Position numbers and translations under genes: made by a program
Notes under the pieces: model-generated
Database searches by the model: none
What the model was told of the DNA's origin: nothing
The model's input: only the letters and a program-made list of their open reading frames with translations
Assembly: GCA_963842085.1 (NCBI GenBank)
Contig: CAWJET010000001.1
Span: 3,168,001-3,232,000, forward strand
Source: an uncultured delta proteobacterium
GTDB taxonomy: Bacteria; Desulfobacterota; Binatia; Binatales; Binataceae
DNA length: 64,000 bases
Direction of reading: 5' to 3'
In this document: positions 19,725 to 29,266 of the stretch, piece by piece
Position numbering within the stretch: position 1 is the stretch's first letter
Layout: each line of letters begins with the position of its first letter

Positions 19725-20717
19725 TCAGGCGGCAGCAGCGAGCGTGGGGTTGATTCCCATCTCGCGCATGAAGGCTGAAGTGCGCTCGTTCAGCAACCCC
19801 ACCTTTTGCATGTTACTGACGACGGTCTGATGCATCTCGCGGCGGAAAAGTTTACGGAACAATGCGTATTCGCTGCCGAGCGCGATTTCCTTACGCGCCT
19901 TGCGGACGGCTTCGATATCGGCTGCGCTCATGCCGATCGTTTCGTAGGCTTCGCGTGGAAATTGCCCGGTCATAACGAGCACCAGCGCCTCGCGCGTGAA
20001 GTCCTCGAGTTCGTGCAGGTCACCGGGGCTGAGGCCGCGAATCTCGTCGGGCAGGCTCAGGATCGAGAAGCCCATGTGGCGCGATTCGTCAGCCAGGATG
20101 CGCCGGCAAATTTCGCGCAGCAGCGGATCCTTTGCGGTTTCCATCAGCATCCGGAACAGCGCCACCGCAAACGTCTCGGCCAGCAATTGCAGACCGACCG
20201 TTTTGATGAACCATTTGCCATTGCCGAGGATGTAGTCGAACAGCGTCTTGATATTCCCGGTTATCGGATAAATCCGGCCGCCGCACTTCTCGAGCAGGTA
20301 GCGGCTCAGCACTTCGGCGTGCCGCGCTTCATCGACGACCTGCGTCGCCTGGAAAAACTTCGCGTCGTTGCCCGGCACCATGTCGACCAGTTGGCTGCAC
20401 GCGAGCATCGCGCCTTCCTCGCCATGGAGCAGTTGCGACAGCCGCCAGCATGAGAACTCGACGTTGAGCCGCTGGAACTCGCGCGGTTCGAGGCGCTCGA
20501 GCGTGGGAGTGCCGTGGCCGTCGACCAACTCGTCGGCGAAGATGCCGTGCTCCGGGTCGACTTCGAGTTTCCAATCGATGTCGCTCGACGCGTTCCACTG
20601 GTCGCGCTTGGCATTTTCGTAGAGACGGCGGAGGTCGGGAGCCTCGACCGCGTAGTAGCGCTGGAAGGTGGTGTCGAATGAAGTCGGGATTCGGTCGGCG
20701 ATCGAATTCGATGACAT
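19725..20717 (-). CDS. Ferritin-like diiron protein (AurF-like)
   Basis: LYENAKRDQW, LHGEEGA, DEARH, AE, DESRH diiron motifs. Confidence 0.85.
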   Translation of the reverse strand: MSSNSIADRIPTSFDTTFQRYYAVEAPDLRRLYENAKRDQWNASSDIDWKLEVDPEHGIFADELVDGHGTPTLERLEPREFQRLNVEFSCWRLSQLLHGEEGAMLACSQLVDMVPGNDAKFFQATQVVDEARHAEVLSRYLLEKCGGRIYPITGNIKTLFDYILGNGKWFIKTVGLQLLAETFAVALFRMLMETAKDPLLREICRRILADESRHMGFSILSLPDEIRGLSPGDLHELEDFTREALVLVMTGQFPREAYETIGMSAADIEAVRKARKEIALGSEYALFRKLFRREMHQTVVSNMQKVGLLNERTSAFMREMGINPTLAAAA

Positions 20718-20877
20718 AAGAACGCGCTCCTGGGCTCGCTTGAGAAACCTCATCAACGCTAGCAAATTCCAGCATGATCGGAAAATCGGCGGCAACGCGG
20801 CTAATCGGCGCATCGAAATCAAGGCGACGCAGGTCAGCTTGACTGCGCCGGAGCAAACATCGATGCTCGTCTGTCGC

Positions 20878-20967
20878 GGAGAGGTTCGGGAGTCTGGTTT
20901 AACCGGCCTGACTCGAAATCAGGTGAGCCTAACGGCTCCGGGGGTTCGAATCCCTCCCTCTCCGCCA
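20878..20967 (+). tRNA. tRNA-Ser(CGA)
   Basis: GGAGAGG...CCTCTCC acceptor stem, CCTGA-CT-CGA-AA-TCAGG anticodon arm, long variable arm, GTTCGAATC, CCA; TTGACT-N17-GATGCT upstream. Confidence 0.96.
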
Positions 20968-22358
20968 CACAGTTGGTAGTGTTTAGCTACAGCCCGGAGA
21001 TGGCGACAAATTCGCGCGTGGGCGGGCCGATTCGCGCAGCTCGTGGCACCGGAGAGCGCGACCAATCTTGCAAATCGCCAATTCGCCGCGATTCCTCTCT
21101 GTTCCGAAGAGATTCGGTGCCACGAGCGGATTCTGTGCGATCGCCCCTTGACGCTTCTCGCTTCGCTAGATCGATTGGTCCTTAGTGGGTAAGTAGCAGA
21201 GAGGCCCGGCCCTCTAATCCGCAAGGAGCCGCTGCTGCGCGTCCCATTCGATCGGAAGACCGGCCTGAGTCTTGAGACGCTCGGCAGAGAGACAGACCCC
21301 TTGCCGCCCCGCGCAGATGGATTCCACGACTGCTGGAGCGAGCAGGGCTAGCGGCACCATATGACGCACATAGCTTTCGCTCACACCTTCTCGAATGGCG
21401 ATCTGACTGGTTAAAGTGGCAGTTCCTGCCGCGAGTTCGCCGAACCACTGGTACCCGCGGGCCAATGCTCGAAGCAGGGCAGGATCTGTCCGCGGAGCTA
21501 CGACCGCTTCGCTTGGGAGCACCAGCGCGTTTCCACGCCACGACGCCTCATCTGCAGCGGAACAAGACGGGTCATTCGGAGGTTGGCTCCGCCGGCGGGG
21601 AACCGATCGGGTGGCAGAAGCGCTCGTAGATTGAGTGTGATCTGCATTCCGTCCCGCCTTAGCTCGACTCGCTCTATGAGCGTCCCCGTATCCTCTGCCG
21701 TCTCGACCCGCTGATGAGATTTGACCTTCGAATCGATTGCCCCGACCGCCTGCTTGAGTTCTGCAGCAGCGAAGCCAAAAGCTCTGAGGGTTGAGGCCAG
21801 CGCCCCGCGATCCGAGAGCATTGGTCTTGTGCCGGCCATTACCGCCAGTTCAGTTCGTTCGGCAGGCAGGCGCCACCCACGTTCATCCGGCTTCGCGGTT
21901 CCCCTGACCAGCCTCTTCGAGACGAAGTACCTGTAGCGCCGCTGTCCTTTTTTCGCCCAGCAGGAATACAGCGGCTCGCCGCTCTGATCGAAGAGTTTGC
22001 CCATGAGGAGGCCAGGGCTTCTTCTGACCGTTCGTCCCCGAGGGTGAGCGGCTTTCTGGCTCAGCATCTCCTGAACCTGCTGCCAAGTCACTCTTTCGAT
22101 TATCGCTTCGTGCTGACCCGGGTAGGTGACATTCTTGTGCCGGATCTCGCCCACGTAGACCGGATTGGCGAGCAGGTGATAGAGCGCGCAGCGTCCGAAA
22201 GGGAAACCGCCGTGCCGTACACTACCTCTCGACACCCGTTGCTTGGAGAGAATCGACCTGCGGTCCAGTTCTTTTTTGACCCTACGCAAGGTCTTGAATT
22301 CGAGATAGAGCTTAAAGATCAATTGCACCGTCTTAGCTTCGGCTTCGTTTACCACTAG

Positions 22359-23634
22359 CAGGCTGCGGAAAAAGTCCGGTTAGTTATGAATTTGTCCACT
22401 CCGGGTAGTTGTTAGTGTTATTGAGCGAGCATCTAAGGGCCAGCGCAGTGGAGCGCCGACAGGTTCTGGTGTTCGCTTCAGGTGGCGATTGGCAAGAGGT
22501 TGCGCATCCTCACCAAGTTGTAGGCGGCGGCCGCGAAGGTAAACACCCAACCGACCCGGGCGGCACCCCGATGCCGGGTTTTGCGCAAGCCGCCGATGGT
22601 CTTCATCCAACCGAAGATCTCTTCCACCCGTTTGCGCTTGATCTGACTGATGGCGTAACCCGGATGGCGAGTTGTGCGGTGGTCGATGGCGCTGTGCACT
22701 TTGCGCGCGACGTGCGGAGTAACCTGATGCGCGCGCAACTCACGCACCAATTCCTTCTGATCGTAACCCTTATCGGCGCCCAGCGTGACTCGATGCTGGC
22801 CCGCGATCTGGGCCGCCATCGCGAGGGCCGCCTCGGGTTCGGCGCTGCCGCTGGCCTGAGTCAGCCGGGTGTTGACCACCAAGCCATGGCGATTGTCCAT
22901 CTGCACGTGCCCGGCGTAACAGAGCTTGGCCTCTTTGCCCGACCCTTTGCGGGCCAGCCGTGCCTGGGGATCGGTGGTCGATTGGTGCGTGGCGTTGGTG
23001 CGTCGCTCACCATGGAAGTCCACGCTCGGGTTACCGGGATCATCGGGCGGGGTTTGCTGGTCGTCTCCTTTGCGCTTGAAACTCTTGTGTCCGGCCCAGG
23101 CCTCGATCAGGGTGCCGTCGACGGTAAAATGCTCGTTGGAGAGCAGGTCTTGGGCACGCGCTTGCTCGAGCACTGCGTTGAAAAAGCCCTGCGCTACCTC
23201 GGCCACCAGCAAGCGCTCGCGGTTCTTGGTGAAGACGGTCACGTCCCATACTGGGTCGTCGATGTTGAGCCCCACAAACCAGCGAAACAGGAAGTTGTAA
23301 TCGAGCTGCTCCATCAAAAGTCGCTCACTGCGCACCGTGTAGAGCACCTGCAAGAGCAGCGCCCGCAGCAGCTTTTCGGGCGCGATCGACGGCCGCCCGC
23401 AGTTCGCGTAGACCGCGTCGAAGCGCCACGACGACTCCTTAAGGGCGGCGTCCACCATTACCCGAATCGCTCGCAACGGATGATCCTTGGGTACTCGCCG
23501 CTCCGCCGATATGTAACTGAACATTCCGCTCTGCTGATGGTCCACCCCACGCATCACCGTCACCTCCTCCTACAACCTCTTCCTACTCCACTATATCCGA
23601 TCGAGCGGAAAACTCCTCGTTTTTCCACAGCCTG
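22359..23634 (-). mobile_element. IS5-family insertion sequence
   Basis: Terminal IRs CAGGCTGCGGAAAAA / TTTTTCCACAGCCTG; CTAG duplicated at 22355-22358 and 23635-23638. Confidence 0.95.
22478..23554 (-). CDS. IS5-family DDE transposase
   Basis: MRGVDHQQSGMFSY..DHPLR, VDGTLIEAWA, GADKGYD, RKRVEEIFGW; SD GGAGGAGG. Confidence 0.95.
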   Translation of the reverse strand: MRGVDHQQSGMFSYISAERRVPKDHPLRAIRVMVDAALKESSWRFDAVYANCGRPSIAPEKLLRALLLQVLYTVRSERLLMEQLDYNFLFRWFVGLNIDDPVWDVTVFTKNRERLLVAEVAQGFFNAVLEQARAQDLLSNEHFTVDGTLIEAWAGHKSFKRKGDDQQTPPDDPGNPSVDFHGERRTNATHQSTTDPQARLARKGSGKEAKLCYAGHVQMDNRHGLVVNTRLTQASGSAEPEAALAMAAQIAGQHRVTLGADKGYDQKELVRELRAHQVTPHVARKVHSAIDHRTTRHPGYAISQIKRKRVEEIFGWMKTIGGLRKTRHRGAARVGWVFTFAAAAYNLVRMRNLLPIAT

Positions 23635-24161
23635 CTAGACGACGATCGCGCAGGTCGTAGCCCAGCGGCGGCGTGCCTCCCATCCACATCCCTTTCTGCT
23701 TGGACGCCGCGATCTTGTCGCGGATGCGCTCGCCGGTCACCTCGCGTTCGAACTGTGCAAATGAGAGCAGCACGTTCAGGGTTAATCGGCCCATCGACGT
23801 GGTGGTGTTGAACTGCTGCGTGACCGTGACAAACGACACGCCGTGGGTATCGAAGACTTCCACGATCTTGGCGAAGTCGGCCAGAGAGCGGGTCAGGCGG
23901 TCTACCTTATAGACCACGACCACGTCGATCCGCTTTTCCTTGACGTGGGCGAGCAGGGCTTTCAGGGCCGGTCGCTCCATCGTCGCGCCGGAAAATCCGC
24001 CGTCGTCGTAACCCGTTTTAATCAGACGCCAGCCCTCGCCGGTCTGACTTTTGACGAATGCTTCGCAGGCCTGACGCTGTGCGTGCAGGGAGTTGAAGTT
24101 CTGCTCGAGCCCTTCTTCCGAGGACTTGCGCGTGTAGACTGCGCAGCGTTTGGGAGCGCCG

Positions 24162-24644
24162 TCACTTCGAGCCATGACTCGCCTCCCGTCGCTTGCTGCG
24201 CAGACCGAAGAACTGTGGCCCGTTCCAGTGCGCGCTGGTGATTACCTTGGCGACCTCGGTGAGTGACCGGTAGCGCTTTCGTTTGTACAGCACTCCCTGA
24301 TCAAGCACTCGCACTTCGTGCGTCACGCCGTGCCACCCGCGCATCAGGACTGTTCCTGCAGGCGCTGCTGCGGCCGGCTCAAGTTTAAGGGGCTGTCCTG
24401 ACCGTGCGTCGTTGGCGAGGCGAATCAGCAGTCTTCGGGTGGAGGGTCTGAGTCCTCCGTGGAGTTGCTCCTGAATTCGATACGCCACGGCACGGGTCAG
24501 CAGTTTGCGGCTGATGCGAAGCGGCGGCTCGGAGTTGTAGAGCGCCCGCCACTGCTGCTTAAGCTCGGCGATCGCAGACGATTTCAAGAAAGCAACTCGC
24601 TGCGGGATCATCTCCGCCGATTTAGTAAATCTCTGGTCCTCCAT
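24162..24644 (-). CDS. DUF2924 protein
   Basis: W..LY...P...LL.R.VAYRIQE..HGGL; GTVL.R.WHG..HEV; SL..VA..IT..HWNGPQFFGL; overlaps the recombinase start. Confidence 0.92.
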   Translation of the reverse strand: MEDQRFTKSAEMIPQRVAFLKSSAIAELKQQWRALYNSEPPLRISRKLLTRAVAYRIQEQLHGGLRPSTRRLLIRLANDARSGQPLKLEPAAAAPAGTVLMRGWHGVTHEVRVLDQGVLYKRKRYRSLTEVAKVITSAHWNGPQFFGLRSKRREASHGSK

Positions 24645-24836
24645 GTGTGCCCGGCCTCCTGGCGGGCAGACACACACATTGCTCTGGTTCGCCACCGAAG
24701 CCAGTCGACGTGTTCATGCCCATTCGCCTTCCCATCGCCTTCCGGGTCTCACTAAATGAGCGCTCATCGCTCGCTTCGTGCGCGCAACAGAGCAAGCATC
24801 CGAGGCCAGCCGTTATGGCTGAAGGAGAGCAAGAGA

Positions 24837-25076
24837 ATGGAACGCGCGAAATTGACAAACGGTGAAAAGATTGAGCCGGTAAACATCAAGTCTGCACGAG
24901 CGCCACGGGAGAAGACCGAGCGTAAGCCCAAAGCGGAGAAGCTCGTGTGCCGCTACTGCGGGAGCGACGATCTGGCCCCGAGCTTTATCAAGCGACGCGA
25001 TCGCCGTTGCCGGAAGTGTTTCAGCAAACGCTATGGATCGGCGGCGCGCGGGAAGAAAGCAACCGCAAAAAAGTAG
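24837..25076 (+). CDS. Small basic Zn-finger-like protein
   Basis: SD AAGGAG; CRYC...CRKC, Lys/Arg-rich; divergent from DUF2924. Confidence 0.7.
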   Translation: MERAKLTNGEKIEPVNIKSARAPREKTERKPKAEKLVCRYCGSDDLAPSFIKRRDRRCRKCFSKRYGSAARGKKATAKK

Positions 25077-25094
25077 CTGCACTACCACAAGATC

Positions 25095-25129
25095 AGAGAC
25101 CGCGCCCGAAAGGGCGCGCTCTCTTTTTT
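25095..25129 (+). terminator. Intrinsic terminator
   Basis: CGCGCCC-GAAA-GGGCGCG stem followed by CTCTCTTTTTT. Confidence 0.75.
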
Positions 25130-25362
25130 CGTTGTTACGCTGTGCCCCGACACCGTCTGTTCCAGGGCTCCTACAGAAGTCGCCTGATGGGATGGACCCA
25201 GCCCTCACTTTTCAGTGCGGCCTCTGGATGGGCCAGTATTTACGGCTGGCCGAGATCAATCGCTAGACTTTTCAACGGTTTCGGAGTTTTAGTGGGGACA
25301 GGGATGATGCGGCGCTATTTCGAGGTTCGCATGCAATCGTGCTGACGTGAGGATGTCTGGCA

Positions 25363-26685
25363 ATGGCTGAAACAGCGATCAACGATGACGGCGATTTTTT
25401 TCGGGTGCCCGCCAACGAGGCGTGGACTCTTCTGCAGTTCACCACGCTGCTGTACTACCTGCACGAAACCAATCCAGACAACCTACTGGTCCGCGACAAG
25501 ACTGACCCGAAGACCCCGGTAAGTATTGCGGCCGTCGGAATGGCATTGGCCACGATCCCGGTGATTGTCGAGCGCGGCGTCTTCATCCGCGAATTCGCGG
25601 CCAAGCACACCTTGAAACAACTGCGATACCTGCTGCAATGCCCGCAGGGTCCCGAGCCCGAGGCCTCCGGCTACAACGGCTTCTTCTATCATTTTCTGGA
25701 CATCGAAACAGGCCGGCGCGTTTGGCAGTGTGAGCTGTCGACCATCGATTCGGCCTTTCTGTTCGCGGGCGCGTTGACGGTCGCCACCTATTTTGACCGC
25801 GGCACCGCCGACGAGGCCGAGATCCGCAGGCTCGCCGATGCGCTCTACCAGCGCGCCGATTGGAACTGGGCTCGCGATGGCGCAGCCACACTCACGCACG
25901 GCTGGCGGCCGGAGAGCGGATTCATCCCACACCGGTGGCAAGGCTACGACGAAGGCCTGCTGCTCTACATCTTGGGGCTGGGCTCGCCCACACATCCATT
26001 GCCGCCGGAGAGTTATCGCGCCTACTGCGCAACCTACCAATGGAAAAGCATCTACGCCCGCGAGTTGCTCTACTCGGGCCCGCTATTTACCCATCAACTG
26101 TCACACATGTGGATCGACTTTCGCGACATTCGTGACGAATTCATGAGACAGCATAGCAGCGACTACTTCAAGAACAGCCGTCAGGCGACCTTTGTGCAGC
26201 AAGAGTACGCAGTTCGCAACCCCATGAACTTCGCCGGCTACGGGAAAGACTGCTGGGGATTCACGGCATGCGATGGACCGGGATGGATCAAACGAGTCGT
26301 CAACGGTGTTGAGCGCCAGTTCTTCGACTACACCGCTCGCGGCGCCCCCTTCGGTCCCGATGACGGCACCGTCGCACCCTGGGTGGTCGTCGCCTCCCTG
26401 CCTTTCGCTCCGGAGATTGTCATACCGGCTGTGCGCAATTTTGCCCAACTGGATTTGGGCATGATAAGAAAATACGGATTCTTGCCTTCGTTCAATCAAT
26501 CGTTCGCCGTAGAAGGCAGTCCGACCGGCTGGTGGGTTTCGCCGTATCACTTCGGTGTCGATCAAGGTCCGGTGGTGCTGATGATCGAGAATCATCGCAC
26601 CGGGTTGTTGTGGGAGATCATGCGCCGTTGCTCGCCAATCTTGACCGGTTTGCGTCGGGCAGGCTTTACCGGAGGCTGGTTGTAG
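25363..26685 (+). CDS. Glucoamylase (Glycoamylase) family protein
   Basis: SIAAVG, GFFYHFLD, ELSTIDS, GPLFTHQLSH.WIDFR, GVDQGP..LMIENHRTG. Confidence 0.88.
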   Translation: MAETAINDDGDFFRVPANEAWTLLQFTTLLYYLHETNPDNLLVRDKTDPKTPVSIAAVGMALATIPVIVERGVFIREFAAKHTLKQLRYLLQCPQGPEPEASGYNGFFYHFLDIETGRRVWQCELSTIDSAFLFAGALTVATYFDRGTADEAEIRRLADALYQRADWNWARDGAATLTHGWRPESGFIPHRWQGYDEGLLLYILGLGSPTHPLPPESYRAYCATYQWKSIYARELLYSGPLFTHQLSHMWIDFRDIRDEFMRQHSSDYFKNSRQATFVQQEYAVRNPMNFAGYGKDCWGFTACDGPGWIKRVVNGVERQFFDYTARGAPFGPDDGTVAPWVVVASLPFAPEIVIPAVRNFAQLDLGMIRKYGFLPSFNQSFAVEGSPTGWWVSPYHFGVDQGPVVLMIENHRTGLLWEIMRRCSPILTGLRRAGFTGGWL

Positions 26686-26861
26686 TTCGGTGATCCGGGC
26701 GCCTACAGTCAGAGGAGCCTTGATATCTTTATCTTTAGGGGCACCTCGTTGCGTTCGGGCCCATGCACCGCCAAGGCCCATGGCGTCCTTCCAGAAGAAT
26801 GCGGGCTTGGAGTACTCATTGAGCGAACACCCTGCACCGTTCAAACACCAGACTATTCCCC

Positions 26862-26888
26862 TGTTCGTCCTCAAAACTTGGTCCGCAC
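26862..26888. repeat. Isolated transposon terminal repeat, inverted relative to 30186-30212
   Basis: TGTTCGTCCTCAAAACTTGGTCCGCAC matches the reverse complement of 30186-30212 at 24/27 positions (21 contiguous). Confidence 0.8.
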
Positions 26889-26908
26889 GAATTCGTTGAT
26901 GGTAGTGT

Positions 26909-26938
26909 TTGACTCAATTGGTTGGACCACTGTATAAG
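26909..26938 (+). promoter_or_regulatory. Promoter with FadR-type operator in the spacer
   Basis: TTGACT...TATAAG with palindrome TGGT-TGG-ACCA (26919-26929) directly upstream of the GntR/FadR gene. Confidence 0.6.
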
Positions 26939-27705
26939 TGGACCACCGAATGACCTCTGTCGTGAAAATCGTTGACTTCCGGCCCGCCGTGCGCCGCCGC
27001 GTCCATGAGGATATCGCCGAGCAACTTCGCGACGCGATTCTCGACGGGCGCTTTCCCGCCGGAAGCAAACTGCCGCCTGAGCGCGAGCTGGCGACTGAAT
27101 TCAGGGTGAATCGCACGTCCATCCGCGACGCCATCAAAGTTCTCGAAGGACTAAGTCTAATACGCGTACGGCAGGGCGACGGGGCGACGGTGCAGCCGCT
27201 GGTTGACGCCTCGTTCGATCTGCTGCCGGCTATGATCTTTCACGGCGGACGCCTTGATGTTCGTGTGCTACTCGAGCTGCTGGAAGTTACAAGGCCGCTT
27301 TTGTTCGAGATGGCCAAGCTCGGACTGGAGCGATCAACGGACGCGCAAATTGAAGGTCTGTGCGCCTTGAGCGATCAGATGGCTGACGAGGATTTGAAAG
27401 ACGAGGAGCGCGCAGCCGCAGGACGCGAGCTGCTGGTCGCGATCGCGGATATGACGGGAAATCGCGTCTGGCGGATGCTTGCGCGTCGCTTGCGCGCTCT
27501 GCTCGCTTCCGATCCTTTGCAGGAGGCCAGGCGCAGAGTCCGCAAGGACCATGGACGTCTCGCCGCCTTTGTCAACGATTCGATCAGGCATCACAAGGCG
27601 GGCCGTCAAGAAAAGGCGCTGGCAGCGCTTCGTCGCGCGCTCGAAGTTCTCGGTCAAGGGTTCAACGATTACGCGCAAATCAGACCCGCGAAGGGCAAGC
27701 AATGA
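26938..27705 (+). CDS. GntR/FadR-family regulator
   Basis: LPPERELA..F.VNR.SIRDA...L...LI.VRQG.G; start may be ATG 26950. Confidence 0.92.
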   Translation: MDHRMTSVVKIVDFRPAVRRRVHEDIAEQLRDAILDGRFPAGSKLPPERELATEFRVNRTSIRDAIKVLEGLSLIRVRQGDGATVQPLVDASFDLLPAMIFHGGRLDVRVLLELLEVTRPLLFEMAKLGLERSTDAQIEGLCALSDQMADEDLKDEERAAAGRELLVAIADMTGNRVWRMLARRLRALLASDPLQEARRRVRKDHGRLAAFVNDSIRHHKAGRQEKALAALRRALEVLGQGFNDYAQIRPAKGKQ

Positions 27706-27781
27706 TCCATTCATAAGCAGCAAGCACATTCCAGGAACTCAACCAACAAGATGGAAATTCCACACAGCTGAAGGAGGCTTC

Positions 27782-28879
27782 ATGAGCACCAATTCCGATA
27801 GCAACCCCGCCGGACTGTACCCTTGGCAGGAGCTTGCCGGATACGAGACTGCGATGGACGTCGCCTGGAACTTTTCTTACGAGATCGACAGCGAAAAGCT
27901 GCGCAACCTTTACTCGAAGGCGAAGCAAAACCAGTGGGACGCCGAGACTCAGCTCGACTGGTCGATCGAGATCGACCCGTCAAAGCCGATCGTCGGCGAG
28001 GGTCGCTTTCCGTTCCTGAGGGTGCCGTTCTTCCAGAAGTTGTCGAAGACCACGCGCGAGACGTTCGTCGCGCATGCGACCTGCCAGTTGCTGTCGCAGT
28101 TTTTGCACGGCGAGCAGGGGGCGCTGATGACCGCCGCCGCCGTGACGCACGCCGCGCCCGACTATGAGGCCAAGCTCTATTCCGCCAGCCAGACCTTCGA
28201 TGAGGCTCGCCACGTTGAGGTCTACGATGCCTACATCAGGAAGCTGGGACTGGTGTATCCGATCTCCGTCTGGCTGAAGGAGCTGATCGACGCGACGCTG
28301 CAGTCGCACAGCTTTGCCAAGACGATGGTCGGCATGAACATGATTGTTGAGGGGCTCGCCCTCGCCGCATTCCACAATATGCGCAAGCAGGCGTCTTGTC
28401 CGTTGCTGCGCTCGCTGACGGAGTACGTTCTGCGCGACGAATCGCGTCACGTGGCCTTCGGCAACGTTTACCTGCGAAAGACGATTGCCGACATGCACCC
28501 TGATGATCGCGAGGATGTCGCCCAGTTCGCATTCGACGCGGTCAAGGCGATGGCGGACGCTACCGGCGGCGCCGATGGGAAGGGTATGCCCAAGCCGGAC
28601 CCGGGTTTTCAGCTCGTCCTCGAGCGCAGCGGTATTGCCCTCGAAGACTTTCTCAAGGGACTGATGGAAGCGGGCGGCGCGGGTTTCGCCGCTCATCTGC
28701 CGCCGGGGCATATCCACGCCTTCCGCGATCTGATGATGCCCGCGCTTGTGCGTGTAGGTGCCGTGACCGAGCGAACACGCGAGCTCTACAAGAACGCCGA
28801 CATCCCGGTGTGGGACGATGTCCGCGTGCTCGAGTCGATGGAGGATGCCACCACCGGCGACATCCAGATGCCAAACTGA
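27782..28879 (+). CDS. Ferritin-like diiron protein (AurF-like)
   Basis: SD AAGGAGG; LYSKAKQNQW, FLHGEQGA, DEARH, VEGLAL, DESRH. Confidence 0.88.
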   Translation: MSTNSDSNPAGLYPWQELAGYETAMDVAWNFSYEIDSEKLRNLYSKAKQNQWDAETQLDWSIEIDPSKPIVGEGRFPFLRVPFFQKLSKTTRETFVAHATCQLLSQFLHGEQGALMTAAAVTHAAPDYEAKLYSASQTFDEARHVEVYDAYIRKLGLVYPISVWLKELIDATLQSHSFAKTMVGMNMIVEGLALAAFHNMRKQASCPLLRSLTEYVLRDESRHVAFGNVYLRKTIADMHPDDREDVAQFAFDAVKAMADATGGADGKGMPKPDPGFQLVLERSGIALEDFLKGLMEAGGAGFAAHLPPGHIHAFRDLMMPALVRVGAVTERTRELYKNADIPVWDDVRVLESMEDATTGDIQMPN

Positions 28880-29150
28880 TCTGAAGAGGGGCGGCACGAT
28901 CGAAGAGGCGCGGTGTCACCGCTCCGGCCTCGTCGCTGAGAGTCTGAGCTGGCGTGCCCGATGACGGTGAGCCACAAGGGACCATCACCGCCTGGGATGG
29001 CTCGCGGTTGCCGCTGGCTCGACTAGAGCCGCGACCGACCCCATTTCAGAAAGGCGATGGATGAGCGAATTTTGCTCGAAGCGTGAAGCGAACCGGCTTT
29101 TCTGCGCCTGGAGACAAACCCGAGAAATTCGCCGAATCGGCTGCAGGACT

Positions 29151-29266
29151 CGCGCTCTCCGGTTCGCATCGAGCGCACACGCGCCGCGTCACGCGGGGAT
29201 TTTCCGCTCACTCCAGATTGTGGGGAAGCACTACAGACTGTGTGGCGGAGCGAGGCGGATTCGAAC
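29151..29266 (-). repeat. Inverted, diverged copy of the tRNA-Ser 3' end plus element end (20944-21060)
   Basis: Minus strand reads GTTCGAATCCGCCTCGCTCCGCCACACAGTCTGTAGTG...ACCGGAGAGCGCG, colinear with GTTCGAATCCCTCCCTCTCCGCCACACAGTTGGTAGTG...ACCGGAGAGCGCG. Confidence 0.85.

Larger units (their letters stand above)
21214..24175 (-). pseudogene. Large serine recombinase, interrupted by IS5 and a frameshift near 21525
   Basis: CAVYTRKSSEEG..Q, DRLTRS, FEREVTGERIRDK. Removing the IS restores RDRR-LV-VNEAE. The C-terminus (LVLPSEA..DPALLRALARG..W) is in another frame. Confidence 0.92.
20944..25129 (-). mobile_element. Decayed integrative element (large serine recombinase + DUF2924 + small Zn-finger gene) at the tRNA-Ser 3' end; distal end not defined
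   Basis: Recombinase gene ends about 250 bp after the tRNA; the end sequence recurs inverted at 29151-29266. Confidence 0.75.

Noticed and set aside
21498-21530. Programmed frameshift in the recombinase
   Set aside because: No slippery sequence; a 1-nt deletion in an already IS-broken gene is simpler
29243-29266. A second tRNA gene on the minus strand
   Set aside because: Only the T-loop and 3' acceptor strand are present; the 5' two-thirds is replaced by the IS
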